This document shows positions 11,910-13,241 of a stretch of DNA of 13,241 nt, piece after piece. This stretch comes from Candidatus Lloydbacteria bacterium (GTDB lineage Bacteria > Patescibacteriota > Minisyncoccia > Phycocordibacterales > UBA6899). Position 1 is the first letter of the stretch; each line of letters begins with the position of its first letter. The stretch spans positions 1 through 13,241 of the forward strand of contig JAYSSO010000026.1 of the NCBI GenBank assembly GCA_043720495.1, given 5' to 3'. A program made the position numbers and the translations under genes. Below the pieces are notes generated by a model. That model worked only from the letters and a program-made list of their open reading frames with translations, did not search any database and had not been told where the DNA came from.

Positions 11910-12659
11910 ATGAACACCGCCACCCTGACCCGCCCGCAAAACAACGTCAACCAGAACCAGGGCTTCGCGCCCTCGCCGTTCGTCATCGACATGAAGGGCC
12001 GCATGGCCCGCGCAGGCGAATCGTTCGGCTGCTGGCAGTTCGTCGTGGACGCGCTCACGGAGAAGAAGTTCTCCCCGGCCGATTTGGTCAAGGACTTCGT
12101 CCGCGACTGCCCCTTGCCGGATGTGAAGCAGAGCCTCCTCGGTCGCCAGCGCGAGTTCATCCTCGCACTCGCGCCCAAGGAACTCCCCCAGAACGAAGGA
12201 CGCTTGGGCACGTTCGTGACGACCTCGTCGCTCTGCTCGGCGAAGGATTTCCTGAAGGCGGCGAATTTGCTGAAGGAGATCTACGACACCATCAAGGTAC
12301 CGATGCCGAAGGAGCTGATGGGTCGTATCAGTGCATGCAATCGGGTGCATGTCTCCGAAGAAGGCGGTGGCTACAACCACGCGGACCTGGTCGGCGCCGG
12401 CTACGAGAAGCGTGTCGTCAACAATCGGGAGGCGTACATTCACCTGGTGAGCGGTGACGTGATCATCCTGCCGGGTGCCAAGAAGCTGACGGGTGGCGCC
12501 TTGCTCTCGCCCGAGGAGATCGCCAAGCGGCAAGCCATCAACGCCGAACTGCGTGCCAAGGGCAAGGCGGCCCGCGTGAAGGTCGTCGTGAAGACCCCCA
12601 AGGTCGACAAGAAGGCGAAGAGGGCCGAAGCCGAAGCGGCGAAGAACAAGCGCAAGTAA
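11910..12659 (+). CDS. Orphan hypothetical protein (249 aa) with extreme GC3 and a Lys/Ala-rich basic C-terminal tail
   Basis: The ATG lies 8 nt after TAGGAG (11896-11901). Of the first 30 codons, 29 end in G/C. The C-terminus reads AKGKAARVKVVVKTPKVDKKAKRAEAEAAKNKRK. No family is recognised. The ORF-track start at 11865 lies inside the leader hairpin. Confidence 0.75.
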   Translation: MNTATLTRPQNNVNQNQGFAPSPFVIDMKGRMARAGESFGCWQFVVDALTEKKFSPADLVKDFVRDCPLPDVKQSLLGRQREFILALAPKELPQNEGRLGTFVTTSSLCSAKDFLKAANLLKEIYDTIKVPMPKELMGRISACNRVHVSEEGGGYNHADLVGAGYEKRVVNNREAYIHLVSGDVIILPGAKKLTGGALLSPEEIAKRQAINAELRAKGKAARVKVVVKTPKVDKKAKRAEAEAAKNKRK

Positions 12660-12684
12660 GTTGCAAGAGTCGACAAGTTCGACA

Positions 12685-12709
12685 AGGGTCCCACACGGGG
12701 CCCTTTTTT
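12685..12709 (+). terminator. Intrinsic terminator
   Basis: The stem AGGGTCCC/GGGGCCCT (12685-12692 and 12697-12704, one G-U pair) has the loop ACAC and is followed by a T-run. Confidence 0.8.
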
Positions 12710-12751
12710 ATTTATCAAAGTGCCCATCCCTCCAACATGATGACGTTGTGG

Positions 12752-12780
12752 TTGAGCACCTCCCACACTCGTGATATCAT
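12752..12780 (+). promoter_or_regulatory. Candidate promoter TTGAGC-17-(TGa)TATCAT
   Basis: TTGAGC lies at 12752-12757, and TATCAT at 12775-12780 is preceded by TGa. The -10 ends 11 nt before the ATG at 12792 and no SD sequence is present. Confidence 0.4.
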
Positions 12781-12791
12781 TATATGCATCT

Positions 12792-13241
12792 ATGGAATGG
12801 AGCATCCTTGAGCACGAATATACGGAAAAAACCAACGACTGGTATGCGTCGGTCATTTTGATTGCTGGAGCGCTTATTGCTGTGGAATTTCTGACCAACA
12901 ATTTTCTCCTTATTACGCTGACGTTTATAGGAACGGCGACATTCATTTTGCTCTCTGCACGGAAGCCAGAAATGATGCATGTAGAAATTCTCAAAAAAGG
13001 TATTCATGCCGGCAACGTGATGTATGCGTATCACTCGCTCGATGCCTTCGCAATTGTCGAATACCACCATGAAAATAGACTTCTCCTTGAGTCCAACAGA
13101 CACCTCATGCCACTCATTGTGATTCCCATTCCTCATGACGTCGACCCGGATGATATACGGGAAGTATTGACTGAGTATTTGGATGAGAAGGAGTTGCATG
13201 AGTCGTTTGCACATCTGCTACTCGAGCGTCTCGGCTTCTAG
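12792..13241 (+). CDS. Hypothetical membrane protein (2 predicted TM helices)
   Basis: The 149-aa ORF runs from the ATG at 12792 (the ORF opens at a GTG at 12771). Hydrophobic segments are WYASVILIAGALIAVEFL and FLLITLTFIGTATFILL. The TAG stop falls exactly at the window end. Confidence 0.65.
   Translation: MEWSILEHEYTEKTNDWYASVILIAGALIAVEFLTNNFLLITLTFIGTATFILLSARKPEMMHVEILKKGIHAGNVMYAYHSLDAFAIVEYHHENRLLLESNRHLMPLIVIPIPHDVDPDDIREVLTEYLDEKELHESFAHLLLERLGF

Noticed and set aside
11895-12533. A 212-aa ORF on the minus strand, antisense to the high-GC gene.
   Set aside because: Long antisense ORFs are expected by chance in high-GC, GC3-biased coding sequence. The translation is Arg/Leu/Gly-rich and low in complexity, with no RBS, promoter or terminator. 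All of those signals support the plus-strand gene.
1-13241. A check for CRISPR arrays, rRNA genes, tandem repeats, or DGR-like template/variable repeat pairs.
   Set aside because: No regularly spaced direct repeats, rRNA-like segments, reverse transcriptase gene or long near-identical repeat pair was seen. The only repeats are the short palindromes and tRNA-end fragments reported above.

Overview
This is a compact, mostly housekeeping bacterial window. The gene content (pilMNO without a secretin, short tightly packed genes, many tRNAs) suggests a small-genome lineage such as CPR/Patescibacteria, but that is inference only. Left to right: a partial tRNA-Leu(GAG) (-); rplS (-); an IS200-like/RAYT HUH Y1 transposase gene bracketed by inverted copies of a 21-nt palindrome; a thioredoxin-fold protein; an RluA-family pseudouridine synthase (-); a small hypothetical; an acyP-uppS operon (-); an orphan ~190-nt candidate ncRNA running from its own promoter to its own terminator; tRNA-Arg(UCU) and tRNA-Val(UAC); a pilM-pilN-pilO-orf135 operon (-); a CsaA/Trbp111-like tRNA-binding protein (-); ruvX (-); a 317-aa hypothetical; an AT-rich SRPBCC + DUF1801 gene pair; and tRNA-Ser(UGA) (-). 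The 5' end of that tRNA-Ser is overlapped by an HNH endonuclease ORF, and its 3' flank is littered with fragments of the tRNA 3' end. Next comes a self-contained gene cassette with very high third-position GC (GC3) (11766-12709) encoding a 249-aa orphan protein with a Lys/Ala-rich tail, and finally a 2-TM hypothetical. The most unusual signals are that cassette with its structured leader, the HNH/tRNA-Ser junction with its att-like scars, the RAYT plus flanking palindromes, and the orphan ncRNA candidate. No CRISPR array, rRNA or recognisable defence operon was seen. All calls come from reading the sequence by eye; no searches were run.
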